From: the human T2T-CHM13v2.0 reference genome, Homo sapiens
Assembly: GCF_009914755.1 (NCBI RefSeq)
Contig: NC_060942.1
Strand: one strand, 5' to 3'
DNA: 64,000 nt
How positions within the stretch are numbered: the first letter of the stretch is position 1; every line of letters starts with the position of its first letter. Below are positions 50,150-64,000 of this stretch, piece by piece. Position numbers and translations under genes: made by a program. Below the pieces are notes generated by a model. That model was not told where the DNA came from, searched no databases, and saw nothing but the letters and a program-made list of their open reading frames with translations.

Positions 50150-50327
50150 ACGACCTCCTTGTCCTCTGGGTTGATATCCTCGGATTCAATAGCCCTAGAT
50201 TGAAAGCCCAGATACGAAGGACCCACCACGTCACAGCATTTTATATCAGGGACTTGAGCATCCGAGGCTTTGGGTATCCGAGGGAGGTCTTGGGGCCAAT
50301 CCCGGGTGAATACAGAGGCCACCTGTA
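50150..50327 (-). mobile_element. MER2-type Tigger MITE fragment
   Basis: CATTTTATATCAGGGACTTGAGCATCCGAGGCTTTGGGTATCCGAGGGAGGTCTTGG..CCAATCCC..CTGTA is the reverse complement of the MER2 start. Confidence 0.75.
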
Positions 50328-51280
50328 TAACCTCAGGGCTTCAGGGCAGGAGGCCCCACCCCACAGAAGTCTTTCTCCTTCCAGCCTCTCCCTCCACCAA
50401 AGGGTCCACACTCACCTTTCCTCCCAGGATACTCGTGCCAGAAACCCCATGCAGACCCCAGTGAAGCTGCTCCGAGGAAGTGCCCAGGATGGATCCACCT
50501 GGCATGAAACTCAAAATAAGCCCAAGACCAAGATGAGAATTGGGAAGGTTGAAGAAAGCAGCCCAGGGGGACGCAGCTTGTGGGTGGAAGGAGATGGAGA
50601 GCCAGGCACTCTGGGGCCATGGGGCATCCAGACATGCTCTGCCTACACGTCCCACCGAGCTGGGGAGTGTCATGAGCTTGGCGGGACCAGGTGGGATCTG
50701 GGAGGGGCCACAGGGCCCGCTGTTCCCGGTGTGGCCATCTGCTCCATGACACGGAGAGGACACTGACCTGAAGCTGCGTCGCCAGAAGGCCCTTCAGGTG
50801 TGTCCAGCTGAGCCGCAGCCACTGCCTCTGTTGGGGCAGCCCTCCTGCCAGCTCTGCTGAGCAAACTGCAGTCATGGTCTCACAGACCCACCCCATGAGC
50901 TGAAGCCTCGGCAGGGGCCATCCCAACAGTGCCCTGGGTTTCTACAAATTGCAGTACAGGCCCCCGGGGCCAGGCCTCCTGACTCTCCCCAGGCCCAGCA
51001 CTCACTTGGTGGCTCTTTGGACCCTTTCGAGACAGCACGGGCAGGGGTCTCCTCCTCCACGCTGGCCCCAGGACTCCGCCTGTGCTGTCCTCATGCCAAT
51101 GGCAGCCAGGGGCAGAGGGAGGCTGCAGGGGGCTGGCCGCCGGCCTGACGAGGCTACCGCACCCTCTGTTTTCATGGCCAGCCACCAAAACCAAACCGTG
51201 TGGACAGCCAGGAGTGCCCAGCATGGGAGCCCCCTGAGAGCCGGCCCTTGGTGGGAATTTGTGACTAAATATGGGCTATG

Positions 51281-51593
<313 letters not shown>

Positions 51594-53059
51594 CTAGGGT
51601 CTACAGTGTGATGACAATGTCCAAGGCGCTCTTCGTCCAGCGGCAGCCTCAGGAACGTTTGCTGAGGCCTTCATGGGCCAACACATTTACACACACATTC
51701 AAGGAGGCATCAGATGCTGTGCACATCAGCAGAGGAGACAGAGCGCTGAGGATAAAACACACGTGTCTCCTACACTGAGAGAGGGGAGTGAGGTGGCCAC
51801 AGCCAGGGATGGCAGACAGAACACAACCATGACAAAGACAGGAAACCCTCCCAACAGCGAGAGCCATCGGGGTGATGGGTTTTCTTGAATGCTATTGATT
51901 ATATTCCCAAAAGGCCATAAATTACAGAGGGAATTGTTCTTAAGGTCCTTGCTGAGCCTGACCTGTCCTGATGACTTTCCTGCCACTGTCAGGTTCAGGG
52001 GACTCTTGTTCTTTGGCTGATATTAACAAGCATTCTCCTTCCTTGCAGTCACCTCACCGTCCTGAGTACGATGAAGTGGAGTCAGACGGTGTGGGGATAA
52101 AGCCAGATAAAGCCTGTGGCTGCCACTCGAGGAGAGAGGAGAGTGGATGTGCTCTTTCAGGGGACAGAGCAGGCCTCTTTCCTCGGGGATGGGGTCTCCC
52201 CATGGGGATCTGTGAGGTCCACCCTCTGCACAAGAGAAGTTGAGCGTGTGATGGACTCAGGAGCCTCTTCCACTGTCGTTTCACAGCAAATGCAGGTCCA
52301 GAAGGCCTCAGATGCCCCAGAAGCCCAGGTTTTTAAAGCAGCCCATGTTAAAAGCCACCCTCCCTGAATAAGGCCACTTTCAGGCAGGTCAGCAGCTGAA
52401 GAACAAATGCCAAGGAGGAAGTGGCGCTCAGCCACCCGGATCCCTTGGGCTATTTAAAACTAACAAATCGAGGTTGGGAGGAAGTGTGTAATAGAAGTGT
52501 TGCCTCACTACAAAAGTGCCACTTTCCACACGTGCACAGACCCTCAGGCATGTGGACAATGTCCCGGCGTGCCCCACAGGTGAATGGGGGAGTTGGTTCA
52601 CTTTCTTTTAAGAGGCTTATTATGTTTCTCTCTGTGATCACCTGAAGTTGGATAAATGATACAGTGCAATTTATTATTTATACAGTATCCTTCATACAGA
52701 GCATCACAAAACGTTTTGCAGCAAGAACAAGACAGAGAAGCAGTAAACTCTGCCAAGAAGGCAAGACCTTTCCAGCCAACAGGGATGAGGGCAACAGGAC
52801 AGCCGGAAGAGACAAAGCTTGGCCCTGCCAACCACATTTCCAACTGGACACACCCGGTTCAAACTGGCCCAAAGGACACCCCTGCTGGAGTCCCAGGGAC
52901 ACACACACAGATGCACAAGCCCTTCAGCCGCCTCTGGGACTCCACCAAGAATTGCTGTCCTGCAGTGAATCCCATTAAACCAATGTGGGGTCGCACAAAC
53001 ACAGAAGCATCACTTCAGAGTACAACAGCACCAGTCAACGCTGTGGGTCTTTCATTTTG

Positions 53060-53660
53060 TTGTTGTTGTGTTGCTTATTCTTAGAGGCAGATCAGATTAA
53101 TTTTACTGCAGTTGAAAATCATGCAAATATAGTTTAGAAGGAGGCATTTAATTCTTTATGGCTCTTGCACACAACACAAATAGCACCTCCAGTACTAACA
53201 CTGCTAAGTGTTTTTAGTGTTATTCCACTATACAGTACATCACGATGTTAATTTTCCACATTCCTTTATTCCTTCTCCAGACCATATTTTACAACAGAGA
53301 AAACAAACTGCTTGTAATTACACTGCATGCCAGGACAAATTAAGTAAACACGCATTTTTAATGCTTCAGGCTGTTAGGGTGAAAACAAAGGACTTCAGTT
53401 AAGGTCAATATTAGAGTTATGCAATTGCTCGGGGATGCAAAAGACAAACCCTTGATGGAATGTGGGTAAAATGGAAATGGCTCCACTCAATGCTGCGGAG
53501 CTGGATTCTCAAAAATAATGCACTGCCAATGAGGCCAGGACATTTTTCCTATTGCATATTCATTATCTTGGAGAGTAATGCTAATGCCAATAATAAAAAA
53601 CGATAACAAATCAACAGAAAAATCCACTGTGTCACTAACAGGGATGTGAGTCGCTGTCCT
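53060..53660. promoter_or_regulatory. Candidate conserved non-coding element
   Basis: AT-rich unique DNA; octamer ATGCAAAT (53121), ATTGCATATTCAT (53551), GTAAACA and TAAT clusters. Confidence 0.33.
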
Positions 53661-54169
53661 GTGCATCTGCTTCAGACTCACATCCAAACAGTAACGGGAG
53701 CTCAGTAGAACCCACAGATATTCATAGTTATGTACTTTTCTGTCTTATTCCTTAGCTATAAAATAGTTGACAACCACACCAGACATCAAACCTTGAGGAA
53801 ATGCAGAATCGAGAAGGAGCCAGGCAGGCTCAGTTTTTTAACTGAGTCAATGCAACGGAAAACAACGTTGGTAAATGTCTGGGAGACCCGCTTAGATCAG
53901 AAATAAGTATTTCTCCCTGAATGGGTCACATGGCAACCCCAATGCAGAGGCTGGAAGTGGCTTTGCAAAGATGGGGAAAGAAGAGAACTGCAATGTTCAG
54001 AAGCAAAATCCTCAATGTTGCCAACTCTCAGAATGTGAGATGCCTTTTATACCATGTGAGCTTACTTCCCACTGGCCTTTGCCAAGATATGCACTTAGTG
54101 TTTCCCTTACATACAGAAATAATATCTGACCTCACCTACCTTTCAGGAACTTCCTACATATAATCAGAT

Positions 54170-54750
54170 ATGGTCAGTTCTCATTATCTGCGGATTCTTT
54201 ATTTGCAAATGTGCCCACTCTCTAAAATTTATCTGTAACCCCAAAATCAATACTTGTGGCCCTTTTGCAGTCAGTGGAGGACATGCACAGAGCAGCAGAA
54301 AATGAGTCACCAATGCTCTCGCTCCCAGCTGAGGCCATGCAGGGTGACACACAGCCTTCTCTCAGCTGTCAGACTCCAAACAAGTGTCCTTTCCCCATCT
54401 GTTTAGTGCTGTTGCAGACTTCACTGTTTAAAACATCCCCAAGTGCGGTGCTGGAGCACTGCCTGGTGTAGAGAAAACACGCATGTAGAGAAGCTTCGTT
54501 CAGCACAAGCTACAGTGCTGCTGGCCCTGAGTTCAATGCTAATGAATCAACAGTAGATACTAAATAAAGCATCTTCAAACAAAAACACACACTAAACAAA
54601 ATTATATATTGACTGGCTGATGAAACTGTTGTGACTGGAGGCTCTCAGGAACCTGAACTTGTATTTCCCCTAGGAGCAATGGCTCCAGATTCACTATTTC
54701 AGTGTTGGCTACAACTTCATAGAGCAGAATTACCCCCATAACAATTGTTG
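54170..54750 (+). mobile_element. MER82 (TcMar-Tigger) fossil
   Basis: CTCATTATCTGCGGATTC..CTAAAATTTATCTGTAACCCCAAAATCAATAC..GTATTTCCCCTAGGAGCAATGG matches MER82. Confidence 0.82.
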
Positions 54751-55016
54751 GTAGTGCGCATTTTACATAGATGCATAAAGACATGTGTTTGTGTTATGCA
54801 AACGTGTGGCCTTCGTTACATGGAAGGCCTGTGGCTCAGAGCATGGATGAATTCCTCTGTAGAGATAAGGAAGGAAAGCATGGGTTGAGCTGGGGGCTGA
54901 ATGGCCGGCCCTGAGCCTCCACCAGGGCCCCTTCCTAACAAGTCACTAAAAAAAGAACAGGAAAAATGCCCTGCAAAGCTTTTAGAACAGTCCTAACTGT
55001 CCTCATAAGGATCCTT

Positions 55017-55039
55017 ACACACACACACACACACACACA
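55017..55039. repeat. (AC)n microsatellite, ~11 units
   Basis: Perfect AC run. Confidence 0.95.
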
Positions 55040-55138
55040 GCACCTGCAGCTCACTCTAATTCCTTAGACCACTTAGAGATTTCACATACGTGCAAAAGAA
55101 TATTTGTCCTTTGCCTCAATTTTATTATAGTCCTTAAA

Positions 55139-55198
55139 TTCACTAAAACACCCAAGGTAAGTGTTTCCTTCACTAAAACACCCGAGGTAGGTGTTTCT
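55139..55198. repeat. 30-bp tandem duplication
   Basis: TTCACTAAAACACCC(A/G)AGGTA(A/G)GTGTTTC twice. Confidence 0.88.
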
Positions 55199-56182
55199 CA
55201 GTGAACTGCCCGGCGCCAGGGTTTTCAGGTGTCTGTGATCCCATAATTGGCAATTAAGTTTGCTTTTGGTAACCAGTACCCGGCCGTGCTGCTTCAGTCC
55301 CCAGCAGTTGCACAGATGGATGGATAGATGGATGGATGGCCTCTTCTTAATTTGACCAACCACTTGATTCTTTGGCTTCTCACAGCAAAAATTAAGGTGT
55401 CTTCTCTTCAGTAATGAGGACAAAGCTGGGCTTAACAATGATGAAACAGCATTCATGCTGTGCTTATTCTTTAACCATTTAAATGAGATTATTCCTCTTG
55501 CTTGAACAAGGACCTGCATTTTAATCCCATCTTCCACAGAGAGCCATCTGATAGCTATTTGGTGCAATGAAGATTTGAACTAAAAAATAAAAATAAATTC
55601 TCCATTGTCTATCACTCAAATCTGCAAACTCCAATGGAAAGGCTATTTGGAGAATAGAGTCTTTGGAATTATCCACCCAAAAGGGCTCACTACCAACAGG
55701 ATTTGTAGTGGTTAGTCTTACTTTGCTTCAGGTTTCCTCAGCTGTTCCCAGTATGAGAATGTGGGCATGAAGAAGTGGTCATTACGGAGAGACAAACTCC
55801 CCGAGAGTAACTACGGCAGACAGCAATCCTGATGGCCATCACTGTCACATCAGCAGAAACTCGCTTTTAAGGATCTCACACCACTTCACAAACAGGAGCT
55901 GAGACAGCCCACAGAGGACCCCACTCAGAGGACCCCACACTGCACCTAAGATCCTGAGCCTTACCCAATCTCCCAGGACTCGGAATATCACACAAATCAC
56001 AACGATGCATAGCATACCCCCTTCTTGTGATGGCAGTGGGGCTATTTATAAGGTACCTCAATATTCATCAGCTTGTCAGTGTGACTTCCTGTAAAGCTCT
56101 TACTTCTGAGATGAAATTATTTTCTCAATAACTAACAACACAAAGGTAGATAATATGCAGCTAAATCAACCCAACCCAGTAG

Positions 56183-57101
<919 letters not shown>

Positions 57102-57598
57102 AAAAATTGTCCTGAGAAATGGGACTTCTAGTAAGAAACGTTTTATGTATAATCTTAACTTTAAAGGGCACATGAGTGGATCAAGACGGCGCCACCTCAA
57201 AATTGCCTGTACCGCTTTTTCCATCACTTTTTGTCACTGCCTAGAACTGCTTCTGAAACAACGCCCTGTACCTGGACAGCACCTTGGAGTCCAGAACACA
57301 GCAGCGCGTGTTACGGGAAGCCTGAGAAAATGCAGCCATCCAGGAGCAGAATCGCCGAGCCCCCGGCGGCTTGGTGACCGTGATCCAGTCCCGGGCAGCG
57401 TCCTGACATAGTCGTACTTCACTAACGGTTTGAGCCACCAGGTACTGTGACACACGCCATCTCTCGGGGAAAGGGAAAGAGCCCACAGTAGTTATCTGGG
57501 AGCTTAAGCCAGCTTTAAGCTTTACTTATGAAGTGTTATCCTGACAGGTACACAAATTCTTCAACCTGAGAATTGTTCCAGAATTTCATTCATAAAAA

Positions 57599-58127
57599 CA
57601 GTGGTCCCCAACCTTTTTGGCACCAGGGACCAGTTTCATGGAGACTGGGTTTCCATGGATGGGGAGCAGTGGGGGTGGTTTCAGGATGATTCAAGCTCAT
57701 TACATTTATTGTGTACTTTCTATTATTATTATTACACTGTAACATATAATTAAAATAATTCTACAACTCACCATAACATAGAATCAGTGAGGGCCCTGAG
57801 CTTGTTTTCCTGCACCTAGACGGTCCCATCTAGGGGTGATGGGAGACAGTGACAGGTCATCAGGCATTAGATTCTCATGAGGAGTGCACAGCCTGGATCC
57901 CTCACATGCGCAGTTCACGACAGAGTTCGCGCTCCTATGAGATTCTAATGCCACCGCTGATCTGACGGGAGGTGGAGCTCAGGTGGTAATGTGAGTGACA
58001 GGTGGCGGCTATAAATATAGAGGAAGCTTTGCTCACTCACCCGCCGCTCATCTCCTGCTGGGCCACTGGGTTCCTAGCAGGCCATGGACCAGTATGCATC
58101 CATGGCCCAGGGGGTGGGGGACCCCGG
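57599..58127 (+). mobile_element. MER1A (hAT-Charlie MITE), near full length
   Basis: Starts CAGTGGTCCCCAACCTTTTTGGCACCAGGGACC, ends GGGGACCCCGG; ~530 bp; decayed 8-bp TSD CATAAAAA/AATAAAAG. Confidence 0.9.
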
Positions 58128-58979
58128 AATAAAAGAATTTGCCAAAGATTTGCATTCAAGGAAACATACCAAAGCCCGCTATGATCCTAGACCCTTACAG
58201 CTGGATGCAACTCTTGGGGACCACCTGCCCAGCCACCTCAGAGGAAGAGGACAAGGCTGGAGCCACGCCAGCAGGTGCACCTGAGCCCTGCACCCCTTAC
58301 CACTGTGGGGCTCTTCGGGGAGGATAAGGTCGGAGTTCCTGGGCACAGAGCGGCAGTTGGCTCAGAAGCCATTCATGCAGCAGGGTGGGATTCTAGGCTG
58401 AAGGCAGTGCAGCTCCTCTAATCAAAGCCCACTATCAGCAGAAAGAGAAGGTTCACAGACACAGCAACCTGTGAACCATGCACCACCCCCATGCAAATAA
58501 GCAGAAAGCTATCCGACTGTCGAAAGGAAAATTATAAACAAGGTCATTTTAAAGTAGTGTTTAGTCATGTGTTTCAGTGAGCTGCTCAGAATATTGGGCC
58601 ACTTTCAGGAGGAAGAGAGGAATCTCCCTGCACAGAGGCCCCACACGCCAAGGGAGCCGGGTCCTGCGTGTAGAGCAGGGCGGGCTGTGGGCTCCTGGTG
58701 CCTGTGGGCACAGCCCGCTCCCTCCCGGCCCCCCTTCTCCCACCTCCTCCCTGCAGGCACAGTGTCTGCACAGCTGCTGAGACCCACGCTCTTGCTTTCG
58801 GTCCTGAAACCCACCAGCATGTGCCACTCAGGACCAGGCAGAACATCTCCCTGTCTGGACACCCCCACACCCCAGGAAAGGGTCACTCCATCCTTTCGCT
58901 CCACCAAACCAAGTATCTTTATTGTCACACGTGCCCACTTTACCAACACTTTCCACTTCTCCCTCTCTTTTAGACCATC

Positions 58980-59078
58980 AGCCCCTTGAGAACAGGGACT
59001 GGATCCCACTTGTTCCTGTGTTTCCAAGGGCAGGGCTGTGCCTGACACATAGTGGGCACTCAGCAAATGTTTATGGAA
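58980..59078 (+). mobile_element. L2 3'-end fragment
   Basis: CTTGAGAACAGGGACT...GTGCCTGACACATAGTGGGCACTCAGCAAATGTTTATGGAA. Confidence 0.7.
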
Positions 59079-62000
59079 GGCATTAGGGCACGGATTAACC
59101 AGGTAATTTGGTTGATCTGTGGGGGCACACGACCAGCTGGCTGGAAAACAAGGAGCCCTGTTTATGACCCAGGTTAGTCATTAATTCAACAGTATGACAT
59201 TTCTACATGGATAGTTAAAGGACTGCTCTAGATACTTAAAGGATTAACGTCAGAATAAGATTTAAAAAGAAAAGAAGTGAAAAAGAAAGGAAGGAAGGAT
59301 AGAAAGAAGGAAGAAAGGGAGGGAGGGAGACAGGTTACATTATTCGAAACCTTAAAATCTAACAGCAATAAGTAATTACCTTATGAACTATGTGGATCCT
59401 GAACTTAAGATATTTACCGTATACCTCCTTCTGAAATATGCCTCAGATATGAGAAGGGGAAAGAAAACGCTGCTGCATGGAAAGCCTACGTAAGAAAACG
59501 ATAAACCAGGAATAACCATGCGCACTGCAAAGGGATTCTATTCCCCAAAACAGTATTTATCTCTAAGTTCTTTTAAAAGTATGTCTAAGCTTCCTGAGTA
59601 AATAGGGAATTCAAAGCACCTCTTGTTTAAATGTGATTTTTGCACGCAGCTCCCCGGGAGCAGGTCCAGTGCCCTGGGCACCACACAAGCTCTGGGGCCC
59701 TGACCCGACCTGCCGGGCCTGCGACCCCTCTGCTGCAGAGGAGTGGGAGAGGAAGCCCCAGGGGATGGAGAAGGCCTGGCTGGCTGTGGCTCTGCGCCCG
59801 CCTCCCTTTCCTCCCGACCCCTGGGCCAGCGTGGCCATGGCTCTGCGCCCGCCTTCCTTCCATCCGGCGCTGACTCCTTCTGGAACCATGCCGGTCGCTG
59901 CCCTGTTCTCTCGCACACACGCAGATCTCTTTGCGATTCCACTTGCCTGGTGGTGTTTCTTTACTCAAAGGCCTGGCTCCTATTGCCTGCAAGGGAGATA
60001 AATACCAACTCTGAGGGCGCAGTTTGAAAATCGGCCTCATTTCATCTGCCATTGGGAAGCTAATGATGTTTCAAAGGTGTGTCGTGGCTCGAGTTTTAGC
60101 AACCAGATACAGTTGCAGAAAACAATCCTCCGGACTCAACTCAACAACTTCCTGAAGACGTGGCTTTTCTCTGATTTGTGCAGCCTGCTGTTGGCTTCTG
60201 TCATACACCGCGTTTCAGTAACGTAAATTACTGGATTCCACATGCCAGTCAGATATTTTAACAGGATGGATCAGCCTCTCCTTGCGAGGAAAAAGTGCTA
60301 AATTTGGAAATCCAGAGCTGTTTGGTCTTCAGATGATATCCATGACATAGAATAAAGTACTTAAAGCCTCGTACTTTACAGCATTGCTAATTTTCAGAAT
60401 GGAAAAATTCTGTTTTAAAAAAAAAAAATCCAAGATTCACAGAGGCCTTGTGGAAGCTGAGAGCTCACCACCCACTGATCCCACATTTGATCAGCTGGTT
60501 GTTGTCCCCACGCTCACCCCCACCCCTGTCAATTACTGCACTGGTGCAGTAAGGAGCCTCCCTTCCATAGGAGCAGCGGTTCACTCAAATCACTTTCGAC
60601 GAAGTCACAGGTTCACAGAGGTTGTCCATTGGAAGAGGAGTCCCGTCTAGGGCTCACCATGGCCATCACTGCCCAGGACCTCTAGGAGACAAAGAATTGC
60701 ATTTTTAAAAATCTAGTTAACATATCAAAGAGCAGTGAATGTGCAAATTGCTGTCATAAGGATTCCTTTATTGCTTTCCTTTCCCCAGGCCCCCCACCCT
60801 CCCATCCGCTCCAACAAAGTGACTCATTGGAAAGAAGAGCCGCTTTTACGTTCTTTAGATGTTTACCTTCAGTAAAAGACACTTCAAAGGGCGCTCACGG
60901 GACTCTCCCCTTGCCCGGCAAACACTTAAGCCCCATTGCTGCGAATGATGGTGCCTCTCTCCAGATCATTCACGTAAGCAGCAGCCGGATTCTTTGGAGG
61001 CAGCTGTTTTCCTAATGGGCTCGCAGCTCACGGGTGGCCTGGCTGGGCACGGCTTGAGAATGAGACGAGGCTTCGGTGAGCACTCGGGGCCACCTTGTTA
61101 CTCCTTCCCCCGCATCCTGAGGCTTGGCCCGTCGGAGGGTTTGTTAGTGTTTTCCGCCTAAGCACGCCACAATCTTGACTTCATCTTTCTGCAGAGCATG
61201 ATTCCCATAAAGATTACTCTGTCCTTCTTTTAATATCAAGTTGCCCAAATGGGTTTGATGAACATCCTTGATTAGGAATAGAATGTAAATACATTTAAAT
61301 GTTACCTCCCAAACAGCAGGAACTGGAGGGCCCGGAGCCACTCGCTCCCAGGAGAACAGTCACGGCCACTCCCTCCTCCCGCCCTAGCCAGCAGCAAAGA
61401 TTTGAATGTCCAGCCTTTCTGTGCTTCCGGCTGCTAGAGAGGGCTTAGAAATGAACGCCGCGCAGGGAAATTGTATGTGGGCATCCGTGGCATCACAATA
61501 ATAACAATCACACCACTGCCCGTGACCCACAGACACCGGGTGCCCTCTAGGACGTTTGCTTAATGTTCAACATCGGGATATATTTGCCCTCTTTTTTATA
61601 GATAAGGAAACCCGAGCTCAGAGGATCACTTGGCAGACTGGTATTTTACCCTATTTCAGAACTGGAAAATATGTGCTCTTTTTCACTCAAAATTCTTGCC
61701 TTTCTCAATATAGAGAATTTAAAAGAGCCACTACCTCCCGTCAGGCTATAGCCTGGAAATGTTATTTTTCAACGCTAAATCTGGTAAGTCTTGCAGGCAA
61801 GGTTTATTTCTTACTTGTGTTTTCTCTAAAAAGGACAGAGATCACCCACATTGCTTGGAAACAGAGTTGCACATTGCCGCAGTGTATGTAAAAAAAAAAA
61901 AGAATTTTGAATGGAGTCTATCACTGTAAACGTTCTATTAGTTTCCTGGACTGACAGTTAACACACAGTGCAGCTCTGGCAGTGGGATATTGCGGGGAAA

Positions 62001-62611
62001 GATGGTTTTCTGCTTTGTGACAGCTGCCTAGTGTTTCAGAATATGTTTCTGTTCTAGCTGAACAGAGAGGAAGGAAGAGGCTGAAAGCCCCATGAATCTA
62101 GAAGGTTCTGCCAACAGGAGGACAAGAACAAGGAAGGGAAGAGAGCAGGGCAGGGGCCCCAGGAGCCATCCCAGGCAGCCCTCTGATGCTCGGACACTTA
62201 TGGACAGCAGGAAAAATTAATTCCGTAAAAATAATGCCTTGAGGTGCTTCTAAACACCAGTTCCAAGTGACTTCGAAACTAAACTACAAGTGAGGAAGAA
62301 GTAACCCTGGATCTCCTGAGGGAACCAGAAGGAATTTGACAGTTTTCCTCCAACACTGATAAAGAGTTCTGACTACTCAGATTTCCCCTTGGTCATCTCA
62401 CCCAGCCTCACCCCAAAATTTGGGAAGACCCCCAGACTCTTTTCAGAGACCAATTCATGTCCAAGATGAAATTCCCAAGCTTTTATTCAAAGGTTTTTTC
62501 AATCATTTTAAGTATTTGGAGACGTGTGTATGAAGCAGATTCAGACACAGAAATGACTCCAAGCTGACGTGTTCCTGAAACCCACATTCCCCCTTTAAAG
62601 GGGTAAAAGAA

Positions 62612-62758
62612 GACTCAGCTCCTCATCCACATCGCGACTCAGCTCCTCGTCCACATCGGGACTCAGCTCCTCGTCCACATCGCGACTCAGCTCCTCGTCC
62701 ACATCGCGACTCAGCTCCTCGTCCACATCGTGACTCAGCTCCTCATCCACATCATGAC
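62612..62758. repeat. Minisatellite, 24-bp unit, 6 copies
   Basis: GACTCAGCTCCTCGTCCACATCGC. Confidence 0.95.
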
Positions 62759-62879
62759 CACGAGCAGCTGCAATGGACACAACTTCAGAACCAGACAGCA
62801 GCAGGCGGTGACCCCTCGCCCACTGGGTCTCAGCCCAGGTTCTTTCTGGGTGTCCTCTCACTCTGTCCTCACAGCTGCC

Positions 62880-63010
62880 CCACACAGCAGGTACAGCTGT
62901 TCTGACTTTACACAGGGAGAAACTGAGGCATGTACCAGCCAGTGGCTTTCACAGGGGTCATGTGTCTAGTGGCAGAGCCAGCGTTTGAACCCAGCGTTTG
63001 AACCCAGAGG
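62880..63010 (-). mobile_element. MIR fragment with a 14-bp internal duplication
   Basis: TTTACACAGGGAGAAACTGAGGCA..GGTCA..AGTGGCAGAGCCAGCGTTTGAACCCAG (CGTTTGAACCCAG twice). Confidence 0.7.
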
Positions 63011-63413
63011 CTGCTGTCAAAATACATTCAATAAACTGCTCTGCTCATAAGGGAATAGCTGCCCTACTTCTGTCTCCAAAATCTCCCATTTACAAGCCAA
63101 GGGAGGGAGGGAGTAGTCCCAGACCATCAGCGTCTACAGGAACAGGGGACGCTCCCTGGGAGAAGGAGCTTACCAATCTGCCCTGTCCTTCCAGAACCCA
63201 CACTGCTGATCGTTTATCTCAGGAAGGAAGCCACAGGGCGTGGCCCTTCTGCCCACCAGGCTGACAGTATCTCCCGTAGTTCACAGCTTCGACGTTGGCC
63301 TCTTTCTTTCATACGTTCCTGTCTCTCTGATTGGATGCTGACTTTGTGTCTTGACCTCACATTTTATGCCCCTGATCTCAGACTACATCCATCCTCACAC
63401 TGCATCCCTGAAA

Positions 63414-63615
63414 GACCCCTGGTCTGTGGGTGCTCCGGGCTCCCCGCTGCGGGACCCCCGGTCTGTGGGTGCTCCGGGCTCCCCGCTGTGGGACCCCCGG
63501 TCTGTGGGTGCTCTGGGCTCCCCGCTGCGGGACCCCCGGTCTGTGGGTGCTCCGGGCTCCCCGCTGCGGGACCCCCGGTCTGTGGGTGCTCCGGGCTTCC
63601 TGCTGCGGGACCCCT
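63414..63615. repeat. GC-rich minisatellite, 39-bp unit, 5 copies
   Basis: GACCCCCGGTCTGTGGGTGCTCCGGGCTCCCCGCTGCGG. Confidence 0.96.
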
Positions 63616-64000
63616 GATGCTGCTGTGGTTGATCTTCTGAAGAGTTTCACACATTCACCCAGGCGCATTCACTGGGCGCCTACTGTGTGCAGGAGCTGAG
63701 CCTCCTCCAGGTGACAGGCGTTCATTTCTCGCCCCCCCCACCCCGGTTTTGCCTGACCATTCTCCATCTGTTGTGCTGGAATGTTGTCCTATTGGTGAAG
63801 TGGAAACAGAAACCAGGGATCGCTTCTCTGAGCCTACGTGCAGGTTATTAACTCAATTTTTTAAATGAGTTCTGCCAACTAATGATACATTGTATTTGAC
63901 TGACATAGTCCTAACAGACATAGGTTTAAATTTCATATGCAGGAATAAAATTGAAGTTCTATAACAATAACAATTTTTAGAGTTATTGTAACAATTAACT

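Noticed and set aside
62595-62885. ORF with acidic RDVDEELS repeats
   Set aside because: 24-bp minisatellite in frame by arithmetic; no gene context

Overview
Non-coding primate DNA, human or a close relative: it carries Alu, L1PA/L1M, THE1, MER and Tigger repeats, and CpG is depleted outside a few patches. The fairly GC-rich, minisatellite-dense, Alu-poor character resembles a distal or subtelomeric intergenic or deep-intronic region, but I cannot name the locus. I see no supportable protein-coding gene, RNA gene or CRISPR array. The long ORFs in the track are read-through of tandem repeats or decayed L1 ORF2. Main content: about 12 minisatellites or degenerate tandem arrays, 7 Alus, two L1 insertions with twin-priming 5' inversions, solo LTRs, DNA-transposon fossils, and several repeat-free AT-rich islands that look like conserved enhancers. 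The best observations are mechanistic footprints: twin priming, a probably internally primed tail-less Alu, three duplication-inversion-duplication template-switch scars, and a CpG-rich VNTR full of ETS and CRE half-sites. I found no evidence for a new biological system. Repeat subfamily names come from recalled consensus sequences and need RepeatMasker/Dfam confirmation.
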